Source: Camelus ferus
Taxonomy: Eukaryota
DNA length: 64,000 nt
Direction of reading: 5' to 3'
Assembly (NCBI RefSeq): GCF_009834535.1
Contig: NC_045696.1
Span: forward strand, 17,176,001 to 17,240,000
How positions within the stretch are numbered: position 1 is the first letter of the stretch; each line of letters begins with the position of its first letter. The translations under genes and the position numbers were made by a program. The notes under the pieces were generated by a model. It was not told where the DNA came from and ran no database searches. It was given only the letters and a program-made list of their open reading frames with translations. Positions 27,066 to 40,980 of this stretch are shown here, piece by piece.

Positions 27066-27879
27066 CTTATCCAGCTTTGTAATATAAATTCCTCTCCTCT
27101 ACACACAGTATTTCACCCATAGCTCAGGCTTTAATAAAATACCCAAATTTCTTCCTGGAGGAAAATCAAGAAAAGTTGAACTGAAAAGAGGAGCTAGGTA
27201 CCAACTTAAAGTTTATGAGAAATACATACAAATATGAATTATAAGAAATATAAAATAAGGCAACAAAAAAGTTATAATTCTTTTAAACTTATTATTTTAA
27301 TATCCCCAAAGACCTCACATTAAGAGTCAAAGAGCACACACCTTTATTTAGCACTTAAATAAAACGTACTTTCAGCATGACAAGTATAGTAATGCAACAT
27401 ATTGGCTAAAACGTCTGTGATTCCAGGTGTTTGTCACTGCCATTGAGTAAAATTATTTTGTTTGTGAATATTCCATTGTATTTTTACTTATATTTCCTTA
27501 CTCATGAATACAAAATCAGTAAATGTAAACATAATAATGACATTAATGACAGGAATGAAGTCATGGGAGAAAGGTCATCAAATGATTCAGAACCTTAAAA
27601 TACAGTGAATGCATTAATAAGTTAAAAGGCCTTTATGAATTAATCTCCTTCAACCACCATGATCTTTGCATATGGCGTTGAATTCATCAAGAATGAAGAA
27701 TGTTGGTCACATATATTTTTGGTATGTGTGAAATGTTACATTATATGGAACAAAGGAAAATACTCTCTAAAACTATTTGGAGGCTAAGTATATGAATGTG
27801 GTTAATTCTTCCTGACACAAGGCTGAAGAAGACTTAGGACTAATTAACAAATACAAAGGAAAAATCAGAGCAGTGATGA

Positions 27880-28060
27880 TGCTATCAGCAATATGACTTA
27901 TAAGTGGACCAGCAGCCTGGGCATCAGCTGGAGGACTTGCTAGAAATGCAAATTCTTAAGCTCCTACCTATCTAAAGGGCACTCTGGAGTTGAGTTCCAG
28001 TGATCTGTGTTCTAACAAGCTCTATGTGATTTTGATGCACATTGAGTTTGAGAACCACTG
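27880..28060. mobile_element. MER5A-like hAT-Charlie non-autonomous element
   Basis: ggaccagcagcctgggcatcagctggaggacttgctagaaatgcaaattctt...tctgtgttctaacaagctc...agtttgagaaccactg. Confidence 0.78.
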
Positions 28061-29329
28061 ATTTACAATTTCCAAATCCTCAAGTTATTTTTTTTTAGGT
28101 AGAATATTTAAAGTTTATTTTAAAATGTACTTGACATTGGTAGAGTCAATGGAGAATTTTTCAACTCTCTGTACTGCTTATAAAGATGTGGTTACAATTG
28201 AAGAATAGACGTTTTGTCAGAATTGTCAGCCTGAACTTCTCTCTCTCCCTCTCTAGGTCTCTTTGTACTTTTGATTTTTAAAATATCTTCGTATTTTGAA
28301 ACTATTTGATGCTTATAATGTTACAAGCATATGCCAAGAGCTGTGCTGAGCAGTACGTGTAGAATCTTCTGTAAAGCATGTGATATAGTTATATTACGTG
28401 TGGTATTGACATATTATGATATCATCATCTGATAGCTGAGGAGGCTGTTGCTCAGAGCAGTACTAATCTCATACAGGAACAGGCAGGGCTGCTACTTTGG
28501 GTCATGTGACTCATGGAGTCCCTTACAAGTGCCTACTTAAAAAAAAAAAAATCCCCCTTTGTGGACCTGGCACAGTGTGGACCAGTGCCATCATCTGGGT
28601 AGGGAGTTCTGAATCTAGCCTGGCTCCTGTTTGGACTAAAGTCTTCACTTCTCTCCTGTGGGCATTCTTTAACTCTCAAACAGCCTTTCCCAACTCATGA
28701 CAGATGTTCTGAGAAACTTTGAGATTCACAATTTAATGGGGATGTCCCAGGTTCTGATAGCTGGTCCCTGATTCCAGAAGGGCAGCCTGGGAAGCTGATA
28801 ACACCCACTGACAACCAGTAAGCCATTTCATTCCTGGAATAGTGCAAGGATAGACTGTCAGAATGTAGTAGACTTGCTAATTTAGAGGCTCTCTAATTAT
28901 TTATATAGACAGGATTTCTGCAAAAAATATTGGCCTGTGCTCCACACACTCTAAGGATGCCTTAAGCACAGATAGTTCACATGTCTGCTTAAGGTCACAA
29001 AGCTAGGAAGGCATTACAGCCAGGGCTCCAAACACAATCTATGCCTTTCTCTTAAATACTATTCCAGAGCCATTTGTGAAAGTTTTTCTCTTTGAACATG
29101 TAAGAGAACATTAGGAGGGCATTAAACCTTACCATAGTAATATAAATGAATGTTCCATACACAGCTTATGACTTAATGAAACCATTTATTTGATACATAC
29201 TTTTACCCAGATTAAAAGTCAATGGTGTATCATTGAATGCATCTATTTTAGATTTGTATAGTGATCGGTATATCACCATGCTACTACTAATAGTAACAGT
29301 GACCACAACAATAACATCAGACATAAGAA

Positions 29330-29530
29330 CAACAAATATGTATTGGATGTTTACTAGGCACTAAGCAAAGTTCAAACAGCTTTATATGATTTATCTCATC
29401 AAGCCATCCTCATTATATTCCCATGATTCTGGCAAAGAAACTGAGACTCAAAGAACTGAAGCAACTTGCTGACATTAACATAGCTACTTAGTGACAGAGT
29501 TAAGACAAGTCCTTGTTTGTCTCCAGAGTT
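29330..29530 (-). mobile_element. MIR SINE
   Basis: tattggatgtttactaggcact...aagaaactgagactcaaagaactgaagcaacttgctgaca..catagctacttagtgacagag. Confidence 0.65.
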
Positions 29531-31777
29531 CCATTCTTGTGTTAAGGTCTTAGTTTAACTGGCTGGGAGATAGAACAACCTCTACCTCAATAAGTAAATT
29601 TGCTAAACCTGTGAATCTAAAATTTAATGCAATTTTACTAATTCTTGATTATATGTTTCAGGTAGTTATTCTCATGTTCTAAAAATAATTCACCATTAAT
29701 CATGATTAAAGCCTTTTTTTTTTAAATTCCAAGTGGGAGCTAGTTGACGTTGTATTACTTAGATACTTGAGAATATTTAACATTAAACTAAAACATACAC
29801 TTAATTAGAATAAGTAGTTGCCTTAAAAATAAAATTCTTAAAATTTTTAAAGTATACTTCAAAATAGTTGTGTATTTCTGTATATAATCAGCATTAAGAA
29901 CACCTCCAAAATTCTCCTTGACAAATTTTACTTTAAGTATTATCTAGACAATAGCATCTTTTTGGAAACTACTGGCAGGCTCACATTCCAAACGACCTTC
30001 AGTATAAAGGAGAGGGTTTGGAAATATGATGTCAATTTATTACAGTTTTCAACATTTACTCTAAGTGATATACTGAAGAAGGAAGTAAAAATGAAATAAG
30101 ACAATCCATCATTTCATTGCAAAGAGGACCTATGATCTTAATGTCCCTTTACACTGTTTTATTCTGCCAGAATTCAATGAGAGGATGTTACTGAAAATAA
30201 AATTCAAGAAGTGTTAAGCCACAAATATTCCCCGACTGAAGGCAGTTCCTGAATTCTGAAAGAACAAAGTATAATGCTATATATATATATTTTTTTTTTC
30301 TGAATAACTCTTATTTAAACTTTTATGTTTCCTAACATCTGGTTATACAGTCACTGAAATGTATTCAGCTTGTGAACTGAAAAACATTAATGATGCTGTT
30401 TATTAAATTCACAAAAAGAGAAGCTTTCTTTCCTAATTTTTAAAGGCAATGAAACAATAATTGCCTTTCAGCTTTCCCAATGTGTTTGGAGGGCTAAAAA
30501 GGAGTAGGTTTAAAATGGCAAGAAGCAGAATTTTCATCATTACTGTTCTGGAATATACTTCTATGACATTGATTAAAATGAATTTTAAATGTTTACATGA
30601 CTGTTTTTTATCTTTGAACAATGATTCTGTCTTTTTCACCATAAGGAAGACCACAAAAAGCCGCAGCCCACACTAGCATCCTGACAGTTTTCTACTATAT
30701 TTCCAAAGGTCTCAGTTAATCTATTAGTACTACTATTAATTAGTTGCTTTTCTGTAGTGTAAATAGAATTCTCAGCAATTCCTTTTAGCAGAAGCCTCCC
30801 GTCTTAGACCTTATGTTGACTCAACTATTTCCATGTTATAAGGTCTATCACATGCAATAACCTATGTTACCCACCACCATCTACAGACAGTTTCATCGTT
30901 TGGATTGCAAATGGTGAACTATTATGGTTGAGTTTACATCATTTGCAAAGCAAACTGAAATTTAATACAGATTGTGGTTCATGAGAGCAGGCTATTGAAA
31001 CTTTCAGACACTGAAAATAAAAGAATAATAAATAATTTTCATAAAATTCTAGGTTAAAAAATTAATAAATTATTTTCAGATATGGTTACATCAAATATGG
31101 TTAGATACAGAACCCTGGAAATATAATCAGAGTTTTTCTTCTGCATTGTTTTCCTCATCTGCTTTTCTGCTTCTCTTTGCTTATTGATTTCATATTCATC
31201 CACTGCAAAAAGTTGAAACCATGAGATGAAGGAAGGCTAGTGCATACTTCTCATATGAATAGATAATTCATAGCAAAGATTTTGATTGGTTCAATTTTAT
31301 GCCCAAGCATGGATTACTGGTCCTAAAGATGGCCTGGGAGAATCAACATCTTCCAAAGCATATGCAAAAGAGGATATGAGGTTTATAAAAAGTTTTAAGC
31401 ATAAAATAAAATTTAATACAAAAAAGGAGTATGAAATGTTGAGTTGTAGTATTTATTTACATGTGTTTATCAATATTAGTTATTTGAATACTTCATAAAG
31501 CATGAAGCTAATGGCATGATTGCTTTTATCTTGGGAATAATGAGATGTGATTCCACCAGTGCGACTCAAAAGCAGTCATACCCAACAGATATTTTATCCT
31601 GATCCCAAGTGAGAGAGAACTAGACTTAGAATCTTATGTTTCCATTAAGAAAAGTAGCTAGAATTTAAATATGAGTAAGGACATTTTTTATAATCACAGA
31701 GAAACTTCACTAGTAATTAAAGTTTACTTTATTTTTTTCTCTACTTGATACTCCTTGATAAAAATGATAAGCTTTTA

Positions 31778-32190
31778 TTATTTGTTTATTTATTTAAACA
31801 TTTTTTAAAACTTTTTTTATTGAGTTATAGTCATTTTACAATGTTGTGTCAAATTCCAGCATAGAGCACAATTTTTCAGTTATACATGAACATACATATA
31901 TTCATTGTCACATTTTTTTTCCTCTGTGAGCTACCACAAGATCTTGTATATGTTTCTCTGTGCTATAGCATATAATCTTATTTATCTATTCTACATATGC
32001 CTGTCAGTATCTACAAATTTTGAACTCCCAGTCTGTCCCTTCCCACCCTCCACCCTTGGCAACCATAAGTTTGTATTCTATTCTATGAGTCTGTTTCTGT
32101 TTTGTATTTATGTTCTTTTTTTTTTTTTTTCAGATTCCACATATGAGCGATCTCATACGGTATTTTTCTTTCTCTTTCTGGCTTACTTCA
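31778..32190 (-). mobile_element. Camelid-type L1 3' end with TSD
   Basis: T-rich tail then ttttattgagttatagtcattttacaatgttgtgtcaaattccag...agattccacatatgagcgatctcatacgg. TSD tgataagctttta at 31765-31777 and 32195-32207. Confidence 0.9.
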
Positions 32191-33944
32191 AAAGTGATAA
32201 GCTTTTAAGTCTAAACAATTAAATTCCGCTGTGAAAGGAGGAGTAGCTATTTTAGTAATTTATAGTTACTTTAATTTGAGGGAACTTAATGGGTTATTTT
32301 ACTAAAATTGAAACAGTAATGACTAGCAATTATTATTGCTCAATTACAATCATAGAAATGCTGCGGAATGTTATATTTTATAATTTCAAAAATGATACGT
32401 TGAAGACTAAAACCATTCGGAAAGCCAATATGAAGTCAATGTAATTTATTCATTGTCCGTCTTCTAGAAAAGGGATTTATTTCTCTTTGTGTTAGCATTT
32501 TCTTGAAATGCCTTGGCTTACTTTTCAATTCATTTCTGCATTTCAATTTCCGTTGAGTGCTTTCCATTTGTCACTACTTACTAAGAAAGATAGTAAAAAT
32601 GGCTTAAGCATAATTGTAATTTTCATGACAAGACTAGAGTATTTCCAAGAATGAAAGGAAGATAATCCAGTTAAATTGCTATTTTTAATCCACATTGGAA
32701 TTTTTAGATATAAATGAGTTCATATAAATGGAAGAACTGTCATAGAGGTAAGATCATTTAAACAGTTTGCTGCAATTGAAATAATTTCATGATAGGCCAA
32801 CATGTCATGCAGTAAGGCATGGAACTGACACTATGATTGGTGGCTTTTGTCAAGATGTTTGTCCTCACTCAGATTCTATTGAAATGTGAAAGGAAAATAT
32901 CCAATCATTATACATTATATTTAATGTCTAGTTAGTGAATCTTTAAGGTATATGTCTTTAAAAACTAAATCATGTGCCCAATTGGAGAGGGGAATGGATC
33001 TTAGTATGTGACCACAATAAATAAATTATACTTTTTTTTTTCAGCAGAAAATCTTGATTAGTTGGACTAACAGAATTATGCTTGTGGAAGAATAAAGTAG
33101 GCAGAAAATGAGACAAAGAACATAGAGTAGGAATGTTCTTGTTTGTGCTACGTTCCCAGTTTCGTTTTAATGGAAAGCATTTAGCCAAAGTATAGATTTG
33201 GGGTTTGACTGGCATCAGACTTCTTTTGCAAGGGATTTAAGAAAGAAAATTGCCTGTGCCATTTGGTCTGTGTGCGTATTGAGTAACATAACACGTATGT
33301 CTCATAACAGAGTGTAAGACCTTGAACATGAACAATTATTCCAAACATGAATTACAAATATTTGTACATAACTAAAGCTTTTTACAGGCTGAGATGAGCT
33401 AAGTGGAGCAAAAATGTTGTAGCAGAGGTGATGCAAATTTAAAAATCATGTTTACATGTGTGGTGTACAGAACAGATGCCTGGAGAACTAGCAGCATCAC
33501 TTTAAACTAATTACCAGCAAATAATTATTTTTACTTTAAAAGGCCCAAATAATTGTTCTGCTTTAAAAGATGTTATAATGATTCTTCTCAAAATGTGTCA
33601 AATATCTGGACAATTTGCTTCCACTAATAATGATAACTTTCTCAAATGTGACTTCAAATTGCCAGTCTCGTAAGACAGCTATTTTAATAATTAGTGTTAG
33701 CAGAGTGGTTGTATTCCTTTTAAATCTAGAAGTGTGAATATAGTCCAATGTATTGCAAAATTTCTCAGACTAAATTACACTTTATATCACAGGAATTTGC
33801 AGACAATTAGAAATAAAGTATTTAGATAAAATTAAATTATTTGACTAGAGTTACAAACAGAGCTAAGTTTGAATGGTGTTAATTATCATTTTGATGTTTA
33901 CTAGCAGAAGAAAGTTGTTTTGGAATCATATTTTGTTCTGTTTA

Positions 33945-34104
33945 CTGTTTTTTTTACGAGGTTCAGGGGTGCAGCATTACAATTCAATATGTGTATACAT
34001 TACGGAGTAATCACCACCATAAGTCTAGTTACTGTTCATCCGTCACCATACAGTTGACCCCCTTTACCTCCTACCCTTGAAATCCCTTCCCCTCTAGTAA
34101 TCAC
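33945..34104 (-). mobile_element. L1 3' UTR fragment, split by an LTR (resumes ~34567-34600)
   Basis: atcaccaccataagtctagttac..ccgtcaccatacagttgaccccctttacc..ccttcccctctagtaatcac, then tctattctccatatctatgagtt. Confidence 0.7.
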
Positions 34105-34566
34105 TGTCAAATGAAAAAAATCACACGAAGTGAGAGTTGTGAGTTGTTTTATTTGGGGTAAAATGAGGACTATAGCCCAGAGACAACATTTCAGACAGCT
34201 CTGAGGAACTGCTCCGAAGATGTAGGGGGTAATGAGCATCAGTGTTATATGTGATTTCAGTGAGGAGGGTACGTGCAGTCGAGCACACACTTGGCAGAGG
34301 GTTGCCCCTAGCCAGGAGTAGCAGATGTCATTGCTAATGATTTTAGTGCTTTTCTGGATATGGAGAGACACAAGAATTTGGGTTCATAAAATCATCTCCT
34401 GAAAACATCTATCTGAAGTCTGTTCTGCCAGTTTGCCCAGAACACAGAGCGCCTCATTCCTGATCTCCACCCTGAACTCCTTTCAGGGTGTGTTAAAGAT
34501 CAGCAGTTGCAGTGGCCTGTGGCAGTCCTTGTAGAGGGGGTGGCAAGTATCAATTTTTAGTTGGGA
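34105..34566 (-). mobile_element. ERV1-class solo LTR nested in L1
   Basis: Begins tgtcaa; ttttatttggggtaaaatgaggactatagccc..gctctgaggaactgctccgaag; ends caatttttagttggga. Confidence 0.75.
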
Positions 34567-34604
34567 CTACAAGTCTATTCTCCATATCTATGAGTTAGTC
34601 TCTA

Positions 34605-34700
34605 TGTTATTTAACCTTAATTACATCTTTAAAGGTCTTTTCTCCAAACATAGTCACATTCTGATGTACTGAGGCTTTGGACTTTAGCATAAGAATTTCA
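34605..34700 (-). mobile_element. MLT1 LTR fragment
   Basis: tttaaccttaattacatctttaaaggtcttttctccaaacatagtcacattctgatgtactg. Confidence 0.65.
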
Positions 34701-37268
34701 GAGCTGAGCTGAACACTTGGTTTTATTGTCTGTAAATAATATTGTACCAGGAATATCTAGAAATTGTTATCCTGGAGACTTGATATAATTATTTGTGGAT
34801 TAAAGCAATTTAAAGCTACCTGATCTTGACATGTTTCTCTGTTCCCCTTTCTATGCTTGGTCTGGTCTCACCCAGAAGTGGCATCGGGAGTAAAACAATG
34901 AATCAACACAAGTTAATGGATGTTTACCTTCTGTAAGATAAAATAATTTACAACCTATGGATTTTTAAAATTTAATATTTATTAATATACAAATATTATT
35001 TCTATATTGATATTTATCAACATTTATAATTTCTATTTAAAAAAATCTGTTCTGTCCCTTCACTTTATCTTCTTTACAAGATTTAGAAAGGTAAATTGAA
35101 TAATACAATGTTTTCAACAAGCAGTCAGATGAAATGTGTATCTATGAGTGTAATCTGAATAATTTGTTGAGAGATTATTGTGACAGTTATGAGAACCATC
35201 CCTTTATTTTCAAAATGAGAAAAAATAGCAAAGAGATTGAAATGAGGATTTACAAATACTATCCTCATTTTAATAGCTTAAAACCTATTTAAAATTAAGA
35301 CAAATAATTTAACTGAAAAGCCCTTATCTAACATTACTTTTATAATAAGTATTATCATTTAAATCTCACTATGAATAGAATAATTACTGACTGTTACTCT
35401 CATTTAATTAAATTTAAATTACTTTAAATACTTATAAATGGTACCTTAATATTTACCGTTAAATGTTTGCCATTTTGAATCAATGTGGTACAATAAATTA
35501 GGGAAACAAAGCATAATTTTTCCCCTGATAATGTATTCAAGATAATAATTTGAAATCTGTCCTATATCTAAGATGCTTTGGGGTCATTGGAATTTGTTGT
35601 AAATGGCTTCTTTAAATGAATTTCTGTTTTTATGCAGCATTTAAGCTTTTAAAATGCTCTGTTTAAGGCAAATGCATAACCCAAGTTTGTGTATGTGTGT
35701 GTGCACTTGTGTGTTGCCCATAAGGAAATAATAAATTCTAATAAAAAGAAACCAAATTAGTTTTCAAGGAAAATTGAAGGGAAAAACATTTCTACTTACT
35801 AGTAAGAAATAAATTATATTGTATAAAAGTGGCTATTTAGAAACTTTGGTTTAGAAATCATCCTTATTTTATAAGAAGATTTCAGCCCAACTTTTTAGTT
35901 TAAGTTGCAATAATTCCCCAGGAAACATGAGAATTCCTTCCAGGAGTATACTATTAAATACTCAATGTTTTAATTCTCCACTTAATTATTGCATTTCTAT
36001 ATTTTCCCCTAAATTAAAAATATGTGTCTAACTCATTACAAAACAAAAAATTTGATTACTCTTGATTTTTTTTAATGTAAACTGATATTTAATAACTGTG
36101 TACATTTATTTTAAGAATTAAGTGACTGATGAATATTACTTTAGTACAAATATTAAAGTTTTTAGAGATTTTATTGATAGCAGCCATCCCCTCTGTAGCT
36201 CAACCATTCACTGTTTATTCATGACTCAGCCTTCTCTCTCAACAAATAAATGTGAACTGTGAAGGTTAGTTTAAGGATTGGACACAATTATATTAGTTAA
36301 TTAGAAATTGATCTATTTTAGAGACCTAATTCTCATTCTCAAATTAACAAATAAATTTAATAAAGATAGATTGGAAACATCATCTTTGTTAAAATTAAGT
36401 AGTTCAACTCATATGATTAACACGAAAGAGTATCTAGCTGTTATATTTTGAATTAACTTCAAAGAAAATACACAAACACATGGTTTAGTGTCTTTGAAAG
36501 GAATAAGAGCCAAATCATAAGGGATTTTACAATTATTCCCCAAAGTACTTCCTAGGAGATGGTAGGGGAAGTGGGGAACCCAGTACCTGATCCGTTCCAC
36601 TCCTGCATATCCACAGCAGGCGTGAGCTTGCAGTCAAGACTTCACAGCTGAGGACTGACATTTGTTCTTCTCATCAGCATCCTCCCTTTCCCCTCATTTC
36701 TTCTCCTGCTCTTCTTCCTCCTCCTCCTATCCATTTTTAAATTGCTTTTCTTGATTAATAAATCACATCAGGGCATATTCAGAAAGAATAATATTTTTAA
36801 GTTACCAATCAAGGATTTTTTATCTTTAATTAAAAATAAATTAGCAAAAACATATACTCTACTCATCAAATAACAACCTATGAGATATGGATCATTTGTA
36901 TATATAGATCCCTGAGTGAAAGTGATTACCTACTTCAGCCCAACTGTAGTTTAGTTCAAAATCCAAAGCCTAAAATCCTATAGAATCTGAAAAGAAGATA
37001 AAGAGGACTCATTCAATAAATTGCCATGAAATGACTGAAAACATATACACAGCTAATGTGGTTAGATCACCATCTCACTCTTAGTTCAAAGTAAACCATG
37101 TATTATACAAAGGTTTTGTCAGTAATGCAGTGTGAGTTTTGCTGCCTAAATTCTGACTCTCATCCCTTCAGGCCCCTAGTGCATGAAGGATGTGTGATCA
37201 GCCAACAGAAGATATTGAAAACATATGGGAATAAACTCCAGTATCAGATGGTTTGAAAATACGCTGGG

Positions 37269-37345
37269 TGCTGAACACTGGAATTTGACACAACATTGTA
37301 AAATGATTATAAATCAATAAAAAATGTTTAAAAAAAAAAAAAAAA
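37269..37345 (+). mobile_element. Very short, young L1 3'-tail insertion with perfect 14-bp TSD
   Basis: acactggaatttgacacaacattgtaaaatgattataaatcaataaaaaatgttt plus polyA. TSD gaaaatacgctggg at 37255-37268 and 37346-37359. Confidence 0.9.
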
Positions 37346-37859
37346 GAAAATACGCTGGGACTTCCTGCCACCTAAACTGAATGGAATAGAGTGTGGATCT
37401 CAGAGCTGCCTTATTTCCCAGTTATAGGCAAAGAAGGTGGAAAATACTCCTACTCTTATGGGAAAAGAGAACCTTAGCTTCTCTTTGTGAGATGCAAGAG
37501 GGACAGTAAGGGAGGAAATAAGTTACAGAAGTACAACCATTGCTGATGTGAGAGATACATGTTCTACATACATGTGTCAGGCCTTCCTCAATGATGACTT
37601 ACTCCTTACCTGGGGAAGGAGACAGCAAGAGGTAGAGAGGAAACAAATCTACTCTTAGAACTTCTCTGAGGAGGTAGGGGTTGGAGATTCCATTTTTTCT
37701 CCCATTAATGGGTTAATGAATAATGTCTCATTTTACTTTTCAAAACTATGTTCTCTTAATATATTGGATTTACAAACTAAGTCTATAATCAGTCAAGGGA
37801 AAATAAAAACAAAAGAAAACTGCCCAAAATAGCATTGTATCCAGTCAATTCTACATCTA

Positions 37860-38840
37860 CTTTCTGAAGACCTTTTGCCCAAGGTCTGCCTGTGCTCCTT
37901 AAATAGGCTTCTAAGACCAGTTGGATGAGATTTAATTCTTACCCGAAGCCATTTTCACTTTACTGACTATTTTCCAGCTGGAGAAGTTGGGAATGATAAA
38001 GTTTTATTTTCTAACCAGGTGTGTCCTGGGCTGAAAATTTATCCTTCTAGAATCTGCTTTAAAAAGTAAACAATTTCTTCTTCAGTTCATCTCTATCTGT
38101 ACCTTAACATATGCAACTGAAAGGAACCAGTTGGCAATTTAAATATTCTGCCTGACAATCTCTTTATTCACAAGTTCATTTGGTACATTTTCTATCTGGT
38201 GTGTTACTGAAGGCATCCCTCTTATATAATGTATGTATTCTTTTCTTTACTTTCCAATAGCAGAATTTTTTCTTCTTTCCACACTCTACCACTGATTAGT
38301 TTATTACTTTTACTTACAGTCACAACCTTCTAACAATCTCTCCTGTTATTAGCAGTTTCCTCAATGCCAAATGTTTCAGTTTTTGTTAAAACAGTCCTCT
38401 TCTTCTCTTATCTATTCTTTATAAATCTATTCTTTACAAATGTTTATTTATTGTGATTATTAACTTACTGTGATCAGACAAATTGTACAGAAACAGTGTC
38501 TTGAAACAGTAAAAATGTATTATTTTTCATACTTTTGAGAGCTGCCTAGGCAGATACATTGTTGGCAGTGATCACTTATGGGACTTAGGGACTCAGCTAC
38601 CTGAGGCTGTCCAGGGGTGATTTAGGGTGATTTGGAGTAGACGGATCTTGTCCCTTCCTCCAGGAGCAGATGGGGGTGTGAACTCAGATTTGGGTGGTTT
38701 GCGTATCAAAAATGTGCTCCTAGACAAGTTTGTTTTCTGTCTCTAGGAATTAGCTAGCTTTGGGAGGGGTAGGTCTTCATGGCCCCCAAATGGCAAAGCA
38801 TCACAAAATACAGAAAATAAAAATATGCTTAATACATGAT
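37860..38840. mobile_element. Cluster of degraded MaLR/ERV LTR fragments
   Basis: MLT1-like pieces (37860-38620) and an ERV1-LTR-like piece ending aaaataaaaatatgcttaataca (38625-38836). Confidence 0.45.
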
Positions 38841-38921
38841 TAATATATTAATACATGATTAATACAAGAGAATTAAAAAGAAGCAAAAAAATTTCTCAGC
38901 CTAGCCTGGGAAGTCACACAG

Positions 38922-39330
38922 CGTAGTAGACATTGTGAACTATCACCCCGATTCCCTTTCAGGAAAGAGTTTGTTTCCCAGCTGTTGAGGGTGCTATTGA
39001 TGGAAAGCCTTCTGATGTAAGGGTTTGCAAAAGTCGTCTCGGTTGCAGTCACCTGGCCCAGGGTCACATCATTGTCAAGGCTGGCCACATCCAATAAATG
39101 GTTGTGGTGGTGATATAGAGAAAGACTTGGCTACTTTCGCCCAATGCAGGACAATTCTTGTGGACATTTTAGTTCCAAAGTTCCCTGTCAGCTTGGCTAA
39201 AGCTGTTGTCAAGATTTGTTTACCAGTTAACTTCTCTCTCTGTTCAATCTTGCTTGTTATTCTTTCCTTCTACAGGTGTTGACACCAACAAAACTCCCCT
39301 AATAAACATCACGCACACAAGGATCCCACT
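38922..39330 (+). mobile_element. LTR16-like ERVL LTR
   Basis: 3' part ttctctctctgttcaatcttgctt...caggtgttgacacc...ctcccctaataaac resembles the LTR16 family U5/polyA region. Followed by an ERVL-like internal remnant. Confidence 0.65.
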
Positions 39331-39544
39331 TGTGAAAAATAGCTTTATTCCAAAACACATTCTATCAGTTAAAACAATTCGCAAAGCCTTCTCAAATCAA
39401 AGGGATGAAAAAATTGCCTTCACCTCTTTAAAGAAAATCGACAGTAATTTGTGGTCAGAGTTTAAAATCTTCTACCGACATCAAGACTTTCGTGCAAGAT
39501 CATGTCTTCCGACAGAGAGAACTATTTGCCAACTGAATAAGAAT

Positions 39545-40720
39545 TTTTGACATGTTATTGAAACTTACTGGAGTCAGGAAACTGACCGTGGGATATGAAT
39601 GACCTACGTGGCTGGAGCTGGTTATTATGACTCAGGGTATTATCAGATCCATGAATAATTAGGTCAGCAGGGATGTTAGCAATCAAAAGTGCGATGGAAA
39701 TAGTATAGTTTGCATAGTTCAAAAAAGTTCCAGAAGACGCAATAAGCTACGTAAAGAGGTGGGTCAGACTCCCATCCTACCTGCATCATTTGATCTGCCA
39801 CCTCTCCTCAGATTACACTTACACTTATATTTGTGGTTTTTTATATGTGTTTAAAGTAGGAAGTTAAAATCCCTGAGTAGTTCATAAAAATGTTGTCTCA
39901 GTACGTTAGTTAGAACAGAAAACAAACCATGATAACCTTAACAGACATCAGAGGTGGAAAATCCACACAATAAACCAAATTCTTGCTAGTGAATTTTTTG
40001 TTGTTGTCTATGTGGCCATATGAAGACAAATGTGCAGACTCCTGGACAGTGGTGAATGGCTTGGCTCATAAGTAAGTTACCTGCTAAGAATAAAACTAGA
40101 AGTTTGGATACGAAACAGTCTAGAGAAGAAGGATAGCACTGCAGTAGTGGAAACAAGGTATGTGAACCTTTGAAATTTACATCCACTCTCCTATAAAAGG
40201 AGAACATTGTTTGAGATGAGTTCTTTCACACTGAACTGATGGATGTCAGCTGCCCTCTTCTGGACCACGTGGAGTTTCTATGATGGATCCGTGAACAGAG
40301 TTCCCATGATGTTAAGGATGAACGTGATGTATGAGCGCAGAAGCATGGCTTCCCTCCCATCAAGGCCACTGCCACTGCTGAGATCTGTGCTGCACTCTGT
40401 AGAGAAAAATCTCTTGAGGAGACCAGCTAGCCACTTAGTGCCAAGTCACCAGCAGAACCACAGGCAAAAGGAAAAAACATAGTATGAATAGTTAGACTTC
40501 ATGATACAAATCAGAAACATGTCTAGAATACAGGTGTTTCGATGTTGTTTCTCCATCAGATGAATTGGCAATTGCAGTCATCACAACCTTAATAGGGTAA
40601 AGAAATCAATGGCTCAACCCCCTTAAGGATTAAGCTCTCACGACCTAATCATCCAACCAGCCTAGCCTCGTTGAAGCACTGGAGTGGGTGGTAGAAGAAG
40701 GAAGTGACCAATTATGACTT
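39545..40720 (+). mobile_element. ERV-L/MaLR-type internal pol remnant
   Basis: Degenerate motifs: tactgg..gaaactga (YW..ET), gtattatcagatcca (VLSDP), cgatggaaa (RWK), aagctacgtaaagaggtgggtcagactccc (KLxxEVGQTP) and gactcctggacagtggtgaatggcttggct (DSWTVVNGLA). Confidence 0.75.
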
Positions 40721-40824
40721 CCATTAGAAATGTATTTCCATCACACTTCTGTATTAAACGTTTTCTTTAAAAAAAAATTGCATTAAATCACCACCTTCAA
40801 AAGGACTTCAGAGACTTTAAGAGC

Positions 40825-40980
40825 CACAGAAGAATTTTGAGGGTAATGTTATGTTTATTATTTTCACTGTGATGATCATTTCACAGGTATATGCGTACAT
40901 CAAAATTTATCAAGTTATACAATTTATATGTATTCATTTTACTGTACATCCCTAATACTTCAATACAACTGTTAAAAAAT
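40825..40980 (+). mobile_element. Old L1 3' terminus
   Basis: actgtgatgatcatttcacaggtatatgcgtacatcaaaatttatcaagttatac..cttcaatacaactgtt. Confidence 0.65.
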
